A program made the position numbers and the translations under genes. The notes below the pieces were generated by a model. That model made no database searches and was not told the origin of the DNA. It saw only the letters and a list, made by a program, of their open reading frames with translations. From Octopus sinensis (lineage: Eukaryota), in NCBI RefSeq assembly GCF_006345805.1, contig NC_043012.1, positions 36,022,001-36,086,000 on the forward strand: a DNA stretch of 64,000 nt, in the 5' to 3' direction. Below, one piece after another: positions 38,493 through 53,291 of this stretch; positions within the stretch are counted from its first letter, which is position 1, and each line of letters begins with the position of its first letter.

Positions 38493-40085
38493 TAACACAT
38501 ACACATATATTGATACATACATACATGCATATATATGTGTATATATATATATATATACATATACATAGATGCATTGACTAAAAAGCACAAGTACATGCAT
38601 ACCAATATAATCATACAGCCATACTTATACACGGGCATACATCAACTCTATATTGAGAACAGGTCAATAAAAGGTAGCAGGTGTTTGTTTTTGTTGTTTT
38701 TAATTTAGTCCCAGGCAGATGGTGGGATGGGACCTCAGTGACCGAGTGAGAGAGGTAGAAGCGAAGTTATTCTCAGACTGGAAAACATATCTGATTGTTT
38801 GCATCCAGGGGCCATGTAGGGTTGGGGTGGAGTGAGGTGGTGTTAAGCCTAGCAATACATTAAATCTACAACCAAACCAAAAAAAAAGAGAGAAACTACC
38901 TGTACCTCCACCCCACCTCAACCTTCCTCGACAGAATTCTATGTGGTTCGCGTCGGCCAAAATTTCATCCAACATTCGTCCCAAGAGGAGGAGGGCCCGT
39001 GTTTGAAAACACTTGCTGAAGGTGGGTGACATTAAGTGGGATTGAACATGAAGCAAATGTGTTAACATAAAATGAATCATGACATGTTGATACTCCGTGG
39101 TACAATGTCATGTGACCATATATAACAGGTGGAGATGGTAGGGAATCTATTGATGTGATATTGTTGAAAAAAAAAGGGTTGTGGTGTTAGTGGTGGTGGT
39201 GGAAGGGCTATTATACATGATGTGTGGTAAGATTCCTTCATTTCATTAACCATGTGTTCTCCTGTTTCATTAAACCTACATTCTATTCCGTTAACCCTCA
39301 TTCCATTCCGTTAACCCTCATTACATTTCGTTAACCCTGCAGTCCACTTCATTAACCCTTCTATTTTGTTAGCCCTGTCATCGGCCACACATTAATGTAA
39401 TTGTCTCCCCACTTCCCACCATATTTTATCCTTAACGACCTTTTAAAAAAATATTGATTTACCATTATGGAAACATAAACAATCCATAATGGACTCTTAC
39501 CTTCTTTTTCCCTTTATTAATTTAATTAATTTAGATGATAACGATGGTGATGATGATGATGGTGTTGCTGCTGGTGCTGCTGCCGATGGTGAGGGGGTGA
39601 CTTGAGATTGAACCTGTACATGGTGGTTTGGTGGATAGCTTTATTCATTGTCTGATTTTAAAGACATGCAATGTAAACATTTCTATGATGCATTTTTGTT
39701 GATGTGCCAATTGGAGAGATGACTCAGGGTGAATGATATGTGCCACTCGAGACGAGACGAATGAACAGAGAGAGAGAGAGAGAGAGTGCGGTGTATCTAT
39801 CTATGGAATTGTGCCACTTTGAAACAGCACAAAAGGAGAGGAAGACAGAGCCTGAAAATGTGCCACCCTGCATTAAAAAAAAAAAGAAATATGAAAAAAA
39901 ATAAGAACGTATACATATATGAAGATAAAAATAAACCAAAAAAGATTGAAAAAAAAACAATATATATATGTATGTGTGGTGTGTGCGTACGTCTATGTGC
40001 ACATATATATACATACATATACATATATGCATACCCATCATTCATATATATATATATATTACGTATATATATATATATATATATG

Positions 40086-40126
<41 letters not shown>

Positions 40127-41249
40127 GTATGTATATATATATATATATATAATGTGTGTGAGTGTATAGTGTGTGTACATATATATATATAAAATTACAA
40201 AAAAATATAAAAAATAAAAGATGTTTAAAATAAACAGTATAAATTATATTAAAAAAAAGCAAAAAAAATGGTAAATTGGATGCAAAGTGCTAAGAAGGGT
40301 TGGTGAAAGAGTTGGGTTGTGAAATGGGTTAGGTGAAGCCTAAATGAAAAGAAACAGAATGCAAGAGTGCTTGAGCTACAACTAATGAATGTAGACCAAA
40401 TTTTTAGTGGTTCCAATATATTTAGTGTCGACGGTCTAATGATGCTTTGGGGGAAAAAGAAAAACGGCTGAGAAATTCAACTGGAATCGTGACAAATGAC
40501 AACAAAGGAAAAAGAATTATAAATAAATAAACACACATCTGCAGCAGTCTGCTGGAATTAAAGAATATGAAAACACACAGAAAAAAAACAACAATAATAA
40601 TAATAAAATTGACTGTTACAAAATAAATAAAAAGGGGCAAAGTGTTTTCTGGGCCTTTTTTCTTTTTTTTTTCTTGTTTACAGAATATTGTCATTTTCAA
40701 AACAAATTTTGATCACTTCTGCTCAAAAAAAATACTAAAAAAAATACTTTAAAAATGCTAAAAAAATGGAATAGAAAATGATTTTTTCTTTTTTTTTTTT
40801 CCAAAATGGTCGTGTAACCGTTTGATAATGAGTCTGTGTTAAAATATTGACAGTATGTCACCTTGGGTGACATTAGGTATTGCAACATGTTGCAAGGTGA
40901 TGCAAAGTGATGCAAATCGTCGCAAGGTGTCACAAGGTGTGCCATTGTGACACAGAAATATGGGCTTCATTGACAAATATTCCGAATTATATCTCTTGTA
41001 AAATTCACTTGAAGAATTGGTATAAAGTATATTGTTGTGAAATTTTTATATACATGTGTGTATGTGTGTGTGTGTGGTATATAGATATATATATGTATAT
41101 ATATATATGTTATAAATGTATATATATATGTGCGTGTGTGTGTGTGTGTATGTATATATACTATTTATATGGATTCAAACTGTTGTGACAGATAAATGTT
41201 TGCATGCCATATATATATATATACAGATATATGTATATACACATCCATG

Positions 41250-41280
<31 letters not shown>

Positions 41281-41423
41281 GTGTCTGTGTGTGTATGTAC
41301 AAATAGATATAAAAAATATACATACATTGTTTATATTTGGGTGTCTATAAATCATTTCTTTCTGAACAAATATGTACAATATATAGGAGTTTGTATAAAT
41401 GCAGTATGTGTGTGTGTGTGGTG

Positions 41424-41454
<31 letters not shown>

Positions 41455-41624
41455 TTATGTGTGCATATATATATATACATATATGTTAATATATGTATAC
41501 ATATGTAATATATGCATATATATATATATATATACATACATGCATACATACATACATACATACACACATACATATGTATATATGTACATATATGTTTATA
41601 TGTGTAAATATATATATGTGCGTG

Positions 41625-41680
<56 letters not shown>

Positions 41681-42532
41681 GTATATATATCCACACACAT
41701 ATATGATAATGTGTCTGTATATAAGTTGACTTCTGTTGCTCCTGTGAGTACCCTGACGAGGCCCTCAGAGTAGGGTTTGCTGTTGTAAATATCTTTCCTC
41801 ATACACACACACACCCATATGTCTTGTGGTTGACCAATCTAACGTGTTTATCGCATACATGATATTATCAATCCAACATTATTAGACAGCGTGTGATAAA
41901 CTTCTTTTATCTCACACCCTTACATTATTAACATTTTTTTTTACTTCCATGTCTTTGAGTATGTATGTGTATACATAGTGTACATACGTACATATATATA
42001 TATGTGTGTCTGTGTAAATAAATATATATGTTTATCTATATATATATGTACATACACATACATGCATACATATATATATGTGTGTGTGTGTGTATGTATA
42101 TATGTGTGTATATATACAAATATATATATACAAACACACACATACACACACACAGGTACAATGCATATTTGTGTATATAGAGAGCAGCATTCCTCTCAAA
42201 ACGTATCTGATTGGAAATACGACTGTGTCTGAGTGTAATCTCATTAATTAAGTGTGAAGGTCTCCAAGTGTGAGTGGATTAACTGCTTGCATTCCATAGA
42301 ACGGTTACCGTTTCCAACTGAACACAAAGAGCAAATATCTAAACAAAAATTCTTCAATAAAAATTCATGATTAAACACACATGCAGTCATGTCTTCAATT
42401 AAATATAACAAAGGTGTGCATGTGTCTATAAGTATATGTATATGATATATGTGTGTGTATACACACACATGTATATATACATATATATATATATCTATAT
42501 GAATATATATATATATATATTATATATATATA

Positions 42533-42564
<32 letters not shown>

Positions 42565-42566
<2 letters not shown>

Positions 42567-42763
42567 GGTCCCGGGTTGATTCGGGGTTAACCACAGTAAA
42601 TAAGGTACTCAATACAAAGCAGAGTAAAATTAATTTATTATATAGAAGGAGCTTCTACAGGACTAGAACTGTTTCATTCAAGAGAAATCTTCAGGAAGCT
42701 CCTGAAGATTTCTCTTGAATGAAACAGTTCTAGTCCTGTAGAAGCTCCTTCTATATAATAAAT
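42565..42763. mobile_element. Penelope-like inverted terminal fragment within (TA)n, containing a perfect 64-bp palindrome
   Basis: Arms 42633-42696 and 42700-42763 are exact reverse complements around a 3-nt spacer (agc). Confidence 0.7.
42647..42703 (-). ncRNA. Type I minimal hammerhead ribozyme-like motif
   Basis: - strand: aggagcttc CUGAAGA tttctcttgaat GAA ACAG ttctagtc CUGU A gaagctcct. Stem I 9 bp, stem III 4 bp, GUA cleavage triplet; stem II is weak (U-U at its base). Confidence 0.6.
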
Positions 42764-42872
42764 ATATATATATATATATATATAATATATATAATATATA
42801 TGTATGTATATATATATATGCATATATATATATATATGCATATATATATATATGCATATATATGTATACATA

Positions 42873-42914
<42 letters not shown>

Positions 42915-43551
42915 CATATATATGTATGTATATATATACATGCCTACATATATATGTGTATGGATAGGAATTTCTTTTGAAGTTTAAGATTTCAAATGAA
43001 TCTGAGAGGATTTAATTGGCCACAGTCTGTGGAGAGGAGCAAGAAGGGATGAGAGGGGTGTTAGAAGAAAAAATATTGAATACCAAATATTATAAATAAA
43101 TTTAATTGCAAACTTTCCTGATGTTATTATGATAAAATTTAAACTAAGCGTGTGTAAGTGTGTTTGTAATATTATGAGCAAAACAATTAAATTTTTACAT
43201 ATTTTAATCTTTAAGATCTTTTCACTTACATATGTTTGTGTGTCTGTGTGTATATATCTTCTCTTTCTCTCCCTATACATTCATGCATATAAATATATGT
43301 GTGTGTATGTATATGTATGTATGTATATATATGTTTTATGTATAATAGAAAAATTTGGTAAGTGTCTGATGAGGTGCCACTCAGAGTTATTCAAGCAAAA
43401 ATAAATATATACAGGCCTTGTGTCATCTATCACACACAACAACTTTATATGTAACATGGTTGAAAGCTGCTGAAACAATTGCAACAAATATTAAAGTTAG
43501 ACTATACTGATATCCTTCATCTTTTTCTATGTCTAACACACACACACATAT

Positions 43552-43773
43552 ACAATATTTTATAATTACGAGTATAATTATAATTAGGGTTCAGCAAAGA
43601 TTTGCTTTACCACATACCAAAATTTAGAAATAGCAACCAAAGAATCTTAGCTATTTCTTCTACTATAAGAAGAGCTAAGATTCTTTGGCTGCTATTTCTA
43701 AACTTTGGTATGTGGTAAAGTAAATCTTTGTTGAACCCTAATTATAATTATACTCGTAATTATAAAATATTGT
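43552..43773. repeat. Near-perfect inverted repeat of about 100 bp per arm with a 20-nt loop
   Basis: acaatattttataattacgagtataattataattagggttca...agaatcttagct is mirrored by agctaagattct...tgaaccctaattataattatactcgtaattataaaatattgt. The unpaired extension continues to (TA)n at about 43875. Confidence 0.9.
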
Positions 43774-44782
43774 TTAAGTTTACCGAAAAATGGTCCTTTT
43801 TCATGCCGGATTCTACTTGGTAGAATTATTAATTACTAGTTGATTAATTAAATTTACCCTTCATTATTATTGATTATATATATACATATATATATATATA
43901 TATACAAGAGTTGGCCTGCTCACTTAGCCAGCGGGGTGGCGTCATTAAAGGTTAAAAAAACAATGCAAAGCGCATTGTGACCAGCAATGTTCGCAACATC
44001 TGATGGCCTGGTCAGTCACGTATTCACGTGATATACAAGAGTTACGGAATAGAGTAGGTAAGATATTGGGTTACCTACTATGTGTTTCATAGTGGGTGGA
44101 ACCTCAGAAGTTGTAACAATCTAAACAAGGTACATCCTGCTTGCTGTTCTTCAAGCCAAGGATATCTTGATTAAATTAAGGGCTATATTGTCACAAGAAT
44201 GTACATATTGACGCATGGAGTGTATGTGTGTGTGTGTATGCCGTAATGTTTATCAGTATTTGTTAACAACAGTGTGACAACACAGGGAAGTCTCAGTGTT
44301 GTATTAGGGTGAATATTTTTGACTATACAGTATGAACTTTCTAACAGTGGCATTGCTTCACAGTTTCACCCATGTATTTTTTCAAAATGGTATATCTTGG
44401 ACTATCCATGTATGTGTGTAACCATCTATGATAGAAAAGGTGGCAAATACCCATGGATACTTCAATATACACAGTTTAAATAATCAACACTGGTGAAACC
44501 GTGCAGTAATGGTAGGATAATTAAACCTATAATGCTGTTGAATCACACATGTATATCAACAAATATAGTTCTGTTTGGTATTTTAATATTATTCCATGGG
44601 TAATTCTTCAACCCTTCAAATCTTCAGCCCTTCTATTATTTCCTTCTTCCGCAACATAAACTCTTGTTCTCAGATATTTCAAAACAATTTATCCTCTCAG
44701 CATTTTCAATTTAAACTTTCAAACTGTTTCTTGAAGCAATTCCTGTTCTTAAATATACATATATATATTTATATATACATAT

Positions 44783-44857
<75 letters not shown>

Positions 44858-45235
44858 GCATGTATGTTTGTATGTATAGATAGATAGCTATATACATATA
44901 TATATAGATATACATATAGATACATACATACATACATATATATACACACACTCACACACACATACACACACACATACATAATGATGACTATGTATGGCTC
45001 TGCTGTATCAAAAGACATTCTGGAATCTGCAACAAACATGAACTAAAACTGAGGCTTGGAAATATCTCAGGAGAAACAAACAAAACAAAATAAATAAATT
45101 TAGATTTTCTTAAAATATTGCAAAATTACTTCCTCCTTTTTTCTCTTCCTCTTCTTCTTCATCTTTTTCCTGCTCTTCTCTTTTTTCATCAATTTCTTCA
45201 TCTTTTTCATAAAACTGTTATTGTTATTGTTGTTG

Positions 45236-45275
<40 letters not shown>

Positions 45276-45772
45276 GGGCAATAAATGGCAGAGTCAGCAG
45301 GGTTAGTGGACCAAAATGCATTGTGGTAATTCTTTTTATGACCCTTTATGTTTTGAGTTCGAATCCCAATGGAGTCAGAGTCATCTTCAATCCTTCTGGG
45401 AACAATGAACAAAACCACCATTGAATTAATTAGGGCTAAATTATTCATCAATGACAAAACCCTAACTCCAAATACACACACACACATACACTGTAGTCTT
45501 GTGCCTAAAAAAAAAAACACCATTAATATTACTACTACAATTATTATTATTATATTATTATTATTATTATTATTATTCAGGCGGTCAGCTGGCAGAACTG
45601 TTAGCGTGCCAGGCGAAATGCTCCACAGTATTTCTTCCATCAACGTTCTGAGTTCAAATTCCACCAAGGTCAACTTTGCCGTTTATCCTTTTGGGCTCAA
45701 TGAAATAAGTACCAGTTACACACTGGGGTTGATGTAATCCCCTAAAATTTCAGGCCTTGTGCCTATAGTAGA

Positions 45773-45805
<33 letters not shown>

Positions 45806-45935
45806 CCACATTTGTGCAGGATACTTTTTTTTGATGTATCGTATATTTTGTGAATATATTTTTAGATATATGTATATTTAATATATATATATATATATAT
45901 ATATTATAATATATATATATATATAACATATTATA

Positions 45936-45993
<58 letters not shown>

Positions 45994-46309
45994 TGTATAT
46001 TTATTTACAAATGTGTTCGTCTGTGTATGTGTGAATGTGGGTGCAAATATATGTGCACATGTGTGTTGGCTAACAAATACATATGCACACATACATGAAT
46101 TTATATTCACACACACACACACACATACTTGCTATGGGCCCCATAGATTATATGTAATCTGTGATGACATACCATACAAACACAACCAACTTGCACATGT
46201 GTGTATGTTTGTGTGTGTGGGGGTATATATATATAGATATATGCATATATGTATAAATGTATATGTATGTATATATGTATACATATATAAATATATACAT
46301 ATATAAATA

Positions 46310-46352
<43 letters not shown>

Positions 46353-46597
46353 TATATAATATATATATATATATTATACATACATACATATATATACACA
46401 CATACACACACACACACACACACACAATATAATATAAAAGAAGAAATCTAAGGAAACACCTGACTTTACTGAAAGAGGAAACTATATTGAGTAATTTTTT
46501 TCCCTTGATAATATGCTCTTATTAATTCTACTGCTGCTGCTGCTGCTACTACTGTTACTACTACTACTACTGTTACTACTACTATTTCTACTACTGT

Positions 46598-46645
<48 letters not shown>

Positions 46646-46821
46646 ACCTACTACTGTTACTACTACTACTACTACTATACTACTACTACTACTGCTACAA
46701 ATATATATTAACTTATTCAATAATACTCAGCATTTTCTTTGATATGATGAATATTATATTAATATAATAACAAAAACAACAATAGCACAATAACAATAAT
46801 AATAGTAATAATAAGAGTAAC

Positions 46822-46859
<38 letters not shown>

Positions 46860-47061
46860 CAAAAATAATAATAACACTACTGTTACCAATCAAATGATGA
46901 TGATGATGATGATGATGACAGTTTCTTTAATTGCTATAGAGGCACTAAGTACTCTTGAGGGTACTATGACAATATAGTGTATGCAGAGGTTATATATATA
47001 TATATATATATATATAGCCAATAACTGCTGTAGTCCTGGTCCCTGAAGTATATATATATAT

Positions 47062-47094
<33 letters not shown>

Positions 47095-47403
47095 GTTCAC
47101 TTTTTACTGGGCCAAGTACAGTTGATATGATCTGCTAAAGAAAGAAGTTTGACCCAAATGGAAGACTGTCCAAACACACCACATTTTCCCCTCCCCTCCC
47201 ACACATCCCACATTATCTTATATTTGTTTAGGGCAAGAGTTTTGGGGATGCTCCTTATTAGCTTGTCATTTTATGAATTCCTCTCATTTTCTCTCCTCTC
47301 ACTTGCAAACACACACATACACACACACACACATGCTTACATGTGCATAATAAACAAGTATGCACAATTTACTGCACAAAAAGGCTCAATACAAAATTTA
47401 GAG

Positions 47404-47443
<40 letters not shown>

Positions 47444-47957
47444 ATATATGTATAAATATGTATGTGTATGTATATGTGATATAAACATGCACACATATAC
47501 ACACACACACACATATATATATGTGTGTGTGGCGTGTGTACATGCATTTATGTATGTTTATATATTCTTGTGTATATACATTCATATATATGTAAATATA
47601 TCTATATATAGGTATGTATGTATATTTGTATTTAATTGAAGACGACTCTTCAAGATTCCAACTTCATCTGGTTCGGGCTTCACAAAGAACCAAGACAAAT
47701 TGCATTACTTAAAGTTTCAGAGAATTCAGTGAAGCAAATCCTTTTCAATCCTTAAAGAAGGGTGGTCGTGATGGAACGAATGATCAGCATTCTTATTACA
47801 TCTCACTTCTGTGACTCTTAAAGTAATGTGATTCTCAGTTAAATAGTTAATATGAATAAATGTAAAAAAACTTTGAAACATTTTGGAGTGAGTGATCTTG
47901 TCTTTCATTTCTACAACTTTATCCATTAATATATACATACATACATACATACATAAT

Positions 47958-48007
<50 letters not shown>

Positions 48008-48993
48008 GAACAAAACACCTTTTATCAATTCAAAATGAACAATTAAATTACGCCATCTAGAAAATTACATATAATAGAAATATTAAAATAAAATAACAAT
48101 AAAATATCAATGATTAAGTAAATTACAAAAAAAATATATATTGTGTGAAATTTGATTTAGTTTTTCTAAATTGAATTTTTTTCCCTGTAAGTTTGGATTT
48201 ATATTCCCTCAAATAATAATAATAATTATATGCATATATATATATACACACACACAAGCATATATATATATAAACAGTTAACCACATGTGTAATGAGAAA
48301 AGAAATAGACTTGTATATCAATGAAACAAAGGAATATAATTAATGTTATACAAACATGGAATGTTCACGTACAGTACTTGAAGTTTCCCAGCAAGCCATG
48401 GGTGTCAAGTTTTGGCAGTCAATGCATATGCCACAATTCATCAGTTGTTGTGTGGCATATACATACATGCATACATACATATATACATACATACATATAC
48501 ACATGTATATACATATACATGTGTATATGTATGTATATTTTCACTCACTGTAGCATTGAGTACACTTGATGGACTGCTGCTGCTATTTCTATTGTTGTGT
48601 GTGTGTATGTGTGTGTGTGCGTGTGTGTGTTTATTCAACTCTAGTTATAGACTTGGAAACTTTTCCATAATCTAGATTAAATCCACAGAAAGAAAAGACA
48701 ATTTGAAAAAAAAAAGTTTCTAACAAAATTTTCTGTTAAGATTAAAGATTAAAGATTCAGTGAAAATTGATATTATTTTTTTCACTAGTGATTTTAAATA
48801 TTGTTCTGAGAAGATTAAAGGTTTTTGCAAAGTTGTTTTTCATCTGGGAAGTTTAATGATTTTTCTCATAAGATTAAAGAATGGTCTCAGAAGATTCTTG
48901 GAAAATATGTCTACATGTGTTTAAGATATTTGTTATTATTTGCATTTCTAGCTTGGAATGAGAGGGTTGGTGATTAGCAGAAATATATAAGAC

Positions 48994-49503
48994 CAGTAGT
49001 CCTTAACTAGGGTCCATATGGCCCTTGGCAGGGTCCACATAAGGTTTTTGTTGCTAAAATTTATCTCCAATAAATTACTTAAACTTCTACAATACACAAA
49101 ATTTTCTAACAATTTTTTAACACATTTCCTAAGAATATTTAATTAATTTAATTATAAGGTGGCAAGCTGGCAGAAACGTTAGCACACCAGGCGAAATGCT
49201 TAGCGGTATTTTGTCTGTCTACGTTCTCAGTTCAAATTCCACTGAAGTCAACTTTGCCTTTTATCCTTTCAGGGTTGATAAATTAAGTACCAGTTGCATA
49301 CTGAGGTCGATCTAATCGACTGCCTCTCACCCTCCCCCCCAAAAAATTTCAGGTCTTGTGCCTAGAGTAGAAAAGATTATTTAATTATAAACACATAATA
49401 GGATTTTAGTTAAACACTGAATGCCTGGGGGCGGGGGGGGGGTCCAGCACAGTAAAATACAAATCAAAGGAGTTCATAAGTTAAAAATGGTTGGGAAACA
49501 CTG
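48994..49503. mobile_element. Old hAT-like MITE carrying a SINE B insertion (49156-49376)
   Basis: Ends CAGTAGTCCTTAAC ... GGTTGGGAAACACTG, with subterminal ggggtcca motifs. TSD not preserved. Confidence 0.45.
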
Positions 49504-50584
49504 GATTAGAAATGTCAGTAAAAATGTAATATTTGCTATGGCTCCTAACTTCCCAAGTTCAAATTTTGCTGAGGTCAACGTTGCCTTCCATGTTTTTGGG
49601 GTCAATAAAATAAAATCCCTTCCAAATGTTGCAGTTGATGATATCAACTTTTTTCCCTTAAAAATGCTGGCCTTGTGTCTAAATCAGGAAATTATTATTA
49701 TTTATATCTTAAGTGTACCCTTGTTTTGAAAGTGACTTGAGGACCTCACAGAAATCTTGAGCAGACTGTTCCTCGTTAATGAAACGATCTAAAATTAATT
49801 TTAAAATACACCCAAGATTAACAAGAATGTTCAATGGCCATGCCCCAGTATGGTCGCGGCTCTCAAACTGAAACTAATTAAAAAGTTAAAGAGAATGCAT
49901 GCAGGGTCAACATGTAGGTTTAAGGTTGATAAATATGCTTCGAGTTGAGATGCTAAGTGGACATGACTTGGCTTTCATTTGAACTCATGAACAGGATTTT
50001 AGTGTCTTTTCAATTGGTGCTCTTCAATTTGATTTTCTCAGTAAGTGTTTTTAAAAAAAAATTTTAATTAAATTAAAAAAATTAAAATGCTGGGTTTAGT
50101 CTTCAAACTTATAAAATAGGAGATGGATTCTCTATAGTAATTATGATAATTATAATAATAATAATAATTACAATGGTTCATTATCTAAATTGAAATGTTG
50201 GTGTCACATTTTACATTTTAATTTATAGAGAAATAATTTCTTATGACTGGCAGAGATTTCTTGAAGCAGGAAAACCATGAAATTAATTCAATCAGGAACT
50301 CTCTAAACTTAGAGTATGATAAAAGGGTTTCTAGAAAACAATTGTTATCTCCCTTGAAAATAGTGGCTTGACACAAAATGGATATTTTCCTGTCATAACT
50401 GATTTATTGACTTCTATAGAAATAGGCAGGCAGGGAAGGGGTGGGGATAATGTTATTTGGTGATGTTCATTCCTTTCCGTAAGTGTATTAAATCATTGTA
50501 AATGAAGTGATGTTAAGTGGTATCTAGTCAGGATTGAAACCGCTATTTACATCTTCATATCCCTGAAGTTTACTTCCTCTGCTA

Positions 50585-50965
50585 CTATATTTACTGGTGT
50601 ATAAGTCACACCCTTAACTCTTTCGTTATCAGCCTGGCTGAAACCAGCTCTGGCTTTCAGTACTAATGTCTTGATTTCATTAGTTTTGAATTAAAATCTT
50701 CCACCAAAACTTAGTCAGAATTTATGCTGAATGATAACTAAGTTATTTTACTGAATTCTTTGTTATATTTAAAGTACTTAAAAGAAACACAGAACCTCTC
50801 AAAATAATTACAGTAACGAAAGGGTTAATTTAGTGTTAAATTTTGGGGCAAAATCTTTTTCCCCTTTATAGTTTTAGCTTTGCCCTATGTGTAAGTCACA
50901 TCCCTAACTTTTTTATGTTAGATTCAACTAAAAAAATAGTGTGACCTATACACTGATAAATATAG
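50585..50965. mobile_element. Tc1/mariner-type MITE with a TA TSD
   Basis: TA-ctatatttactggtgtataagtcacac ... gtgtgacctatacactgataaatatag-TA. Confidence 0.7.
50618..50824. mobile_element. piggyBac-type MITE nested in the previous element
   Basis: TTAA at 50614-50617 and 50825-50828; TIR ctctttcgtta / taacgaaaggg. Confidence 0.8.
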
Positions 50966-51462
50966 TAAAATGTAAAGTTAGTGAGTAAAGTGTAAACTAT
51001 GTTGTTTGAATCCAGTTCACCTCATTTACACTGAAAATGCCCTGGGAAAAGCTATAGACATTACAATAACTCCATTAAACACACACACACACACACACAG
51101 CCTTTGTGCCTGGTTGATATATATATATATATAATTACCGTGTTTTGTTTGATAAACAAAAATAACATTTTTCCCTGTCAGTTTCATTAATAGATTTATC
51201 AAATATAAAATCCAAACCAGAATTTTAACAACTTCCTATCATGTTATTTATTATCTTCAGCATTTCTTCATAATTCTTGCCTCTAAATCATAATTCTGAA
51301 TTTTTGGAAATAATTCTAAATTCCTGTTTTGTTTTCTTTTATTATTATTATTTTTGTTTAATAAAGCTAACTTATATAACAATATATAAAACTAAATCAA
51401 TTTTCCATTCTTGCACAAATAGATTTTTATTATTATCATTATTATCATCATCATCATCATCG

Positions 51463-51496
<34 letters not shown>

Positions 51497-52159
51497 CATC
51501 ATCATTATCAAGGTGGCAAGCTGGCAGAATCGTTAGCATGCTGGGCAAAATGCTTAGTGGCATTTAGTCCATTTTTAAGTTCTGAGGTCAGCTTTGCCTT
51601 TCATCCTTTCGGGGTCGATAAAATAAGTACCAGTTGTGCACTGGGGTCAATGTAATCGACTCACCCACTCTCCAAACTTGCTGGCTGTGTGCCAAAATTT
51701 GAAACCATTATTATAATTACTATTATTATTATTAATATAATTATTCTTATTACTATTATTATTATTATAACCAAGGGCAGTGAGGTGGCAGAATTGTTGG
51801 CTCATCAGATCATTTTCAGCAGCATTCCTTCTGGCCGTTTACATTCTCAGTTCAGATTCTGCTGAGGTCAACTTTGCCTTTTATCATTTTGTCAGGGTCA
51901 ATAAAAAAAAAAAAGCCCAGTCAACTACTGGGGTCGATATAATCGATTATCCTCTTTTCCTTGAAATTGCTGGCCTCGTGCCAAAAATTTGTTACAGTTA
52001 ATTGTTATTTTTATTATTATGTTCAATTAAAAAAAATAACTAACTAAAGCATGTTTTTCTTTCAAACTAAACTCTTTTGACTTGCTATTGGTTCCTATCA
52101 CTATTCTCTCTATTTTTCTCTCTCTCCCTCTCTTTTACACACATGCACACACACACACA

Positions 52160-52205
<46 letters not shown>

Positions 52206-52465
52206 CATACAAACAGAATCTATTGGCTCAGATCGGATGTTGCAGAAGAGAAGGTTGTCGGGTTTTTTGTCATCTTTTCCATTCTTTCTAGAAAATTCTT
52301 TACCTTCTCAAATAACTGATCTTAGCAGAAAAACTTTCATGAACCAATGGTTTCTATTTTAAAATATTGTTTATTTTAAAAAATATAAAATAAATTCTCA
52401 AAATATCTCAAGTGTCAAAGCAGGGCTATTTGGCATTCTTTAATAAATACTTAGCTATTTCCTCA

Positions 52466-52515
<50 letters not shown>

Positions 52516-52913
52516 CATGTATATTTATATATATATATGTATATTCATGTATATATATATATATGTAATTGTGTGTATATACATATGTATATATGTGTGT
52601 AGATATATATGTATATACATGTGTGTAAATATATCTATGTGTAATAAATGTGTGTGTCTGTGTAAAATTAAATATATATAATTGGATTGAGTTATTTCTA
52701 ATTGTAAGATAAATTGTTTCAAAACTCAGGTGATGTTTGTTGTTGTTGTTAATATTCTTTAATTGCTTTTTATCGGTATTTATCCATACCTTTCTATCAT
52801 TCATCAGTCAAATACTATCTGCACATATCCGTACAACACATTTTTCCAGAGACTATTTTTCCTACGTTTAAAAAGGTGAATCTTTCCCGAAATATAAAAT
52901 CAATAAATGACCC

Positions 52914-52948
<35 letters not shown>

Positions 52949-52960
52949 ATATATATATAT

Positions 52961-53291
52961 TGGCTTCCGTGTCGGTGGCACGTAAAAACCACCAACCAAT
53001 TGTGGTCGTTGCCAGCCTCCCTTGGCACCTGTGCCTGTGGCACGTAAAAAGCACCATCCGTACGTGGTCGATGCCAGCGTCACCTTGACTGGCTTCCGTG
53101 CCGGTGGCACGTAAAAAGCACCCACTACACTCACGGAGTGGTTGGCGTTAGGAAGGGCATCCAGCTGTAGAAACACAGCCAGATCAGACTAGAACCTGGT
53201 GCAGCCTCCAGGCTTCCCAGACCCCGGCCGAACCACCCAACCGATGCTAGCATGGAAAACGGACGTTAAACGATGATGATGATGATGATGA
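52961..53291 (+). mobile_element. RTE 3' end with about 2.5 units of the 61-bp repeat
   Basis: Three ggcacgtaaaaa-cacc cores, then the standard tail and (GAT)n. Confidence 0.9.

Noticed and set aside
41750-41780. CTGACGA hammerhead-like core
   Set aside because: No downstream GAAA or stem III.
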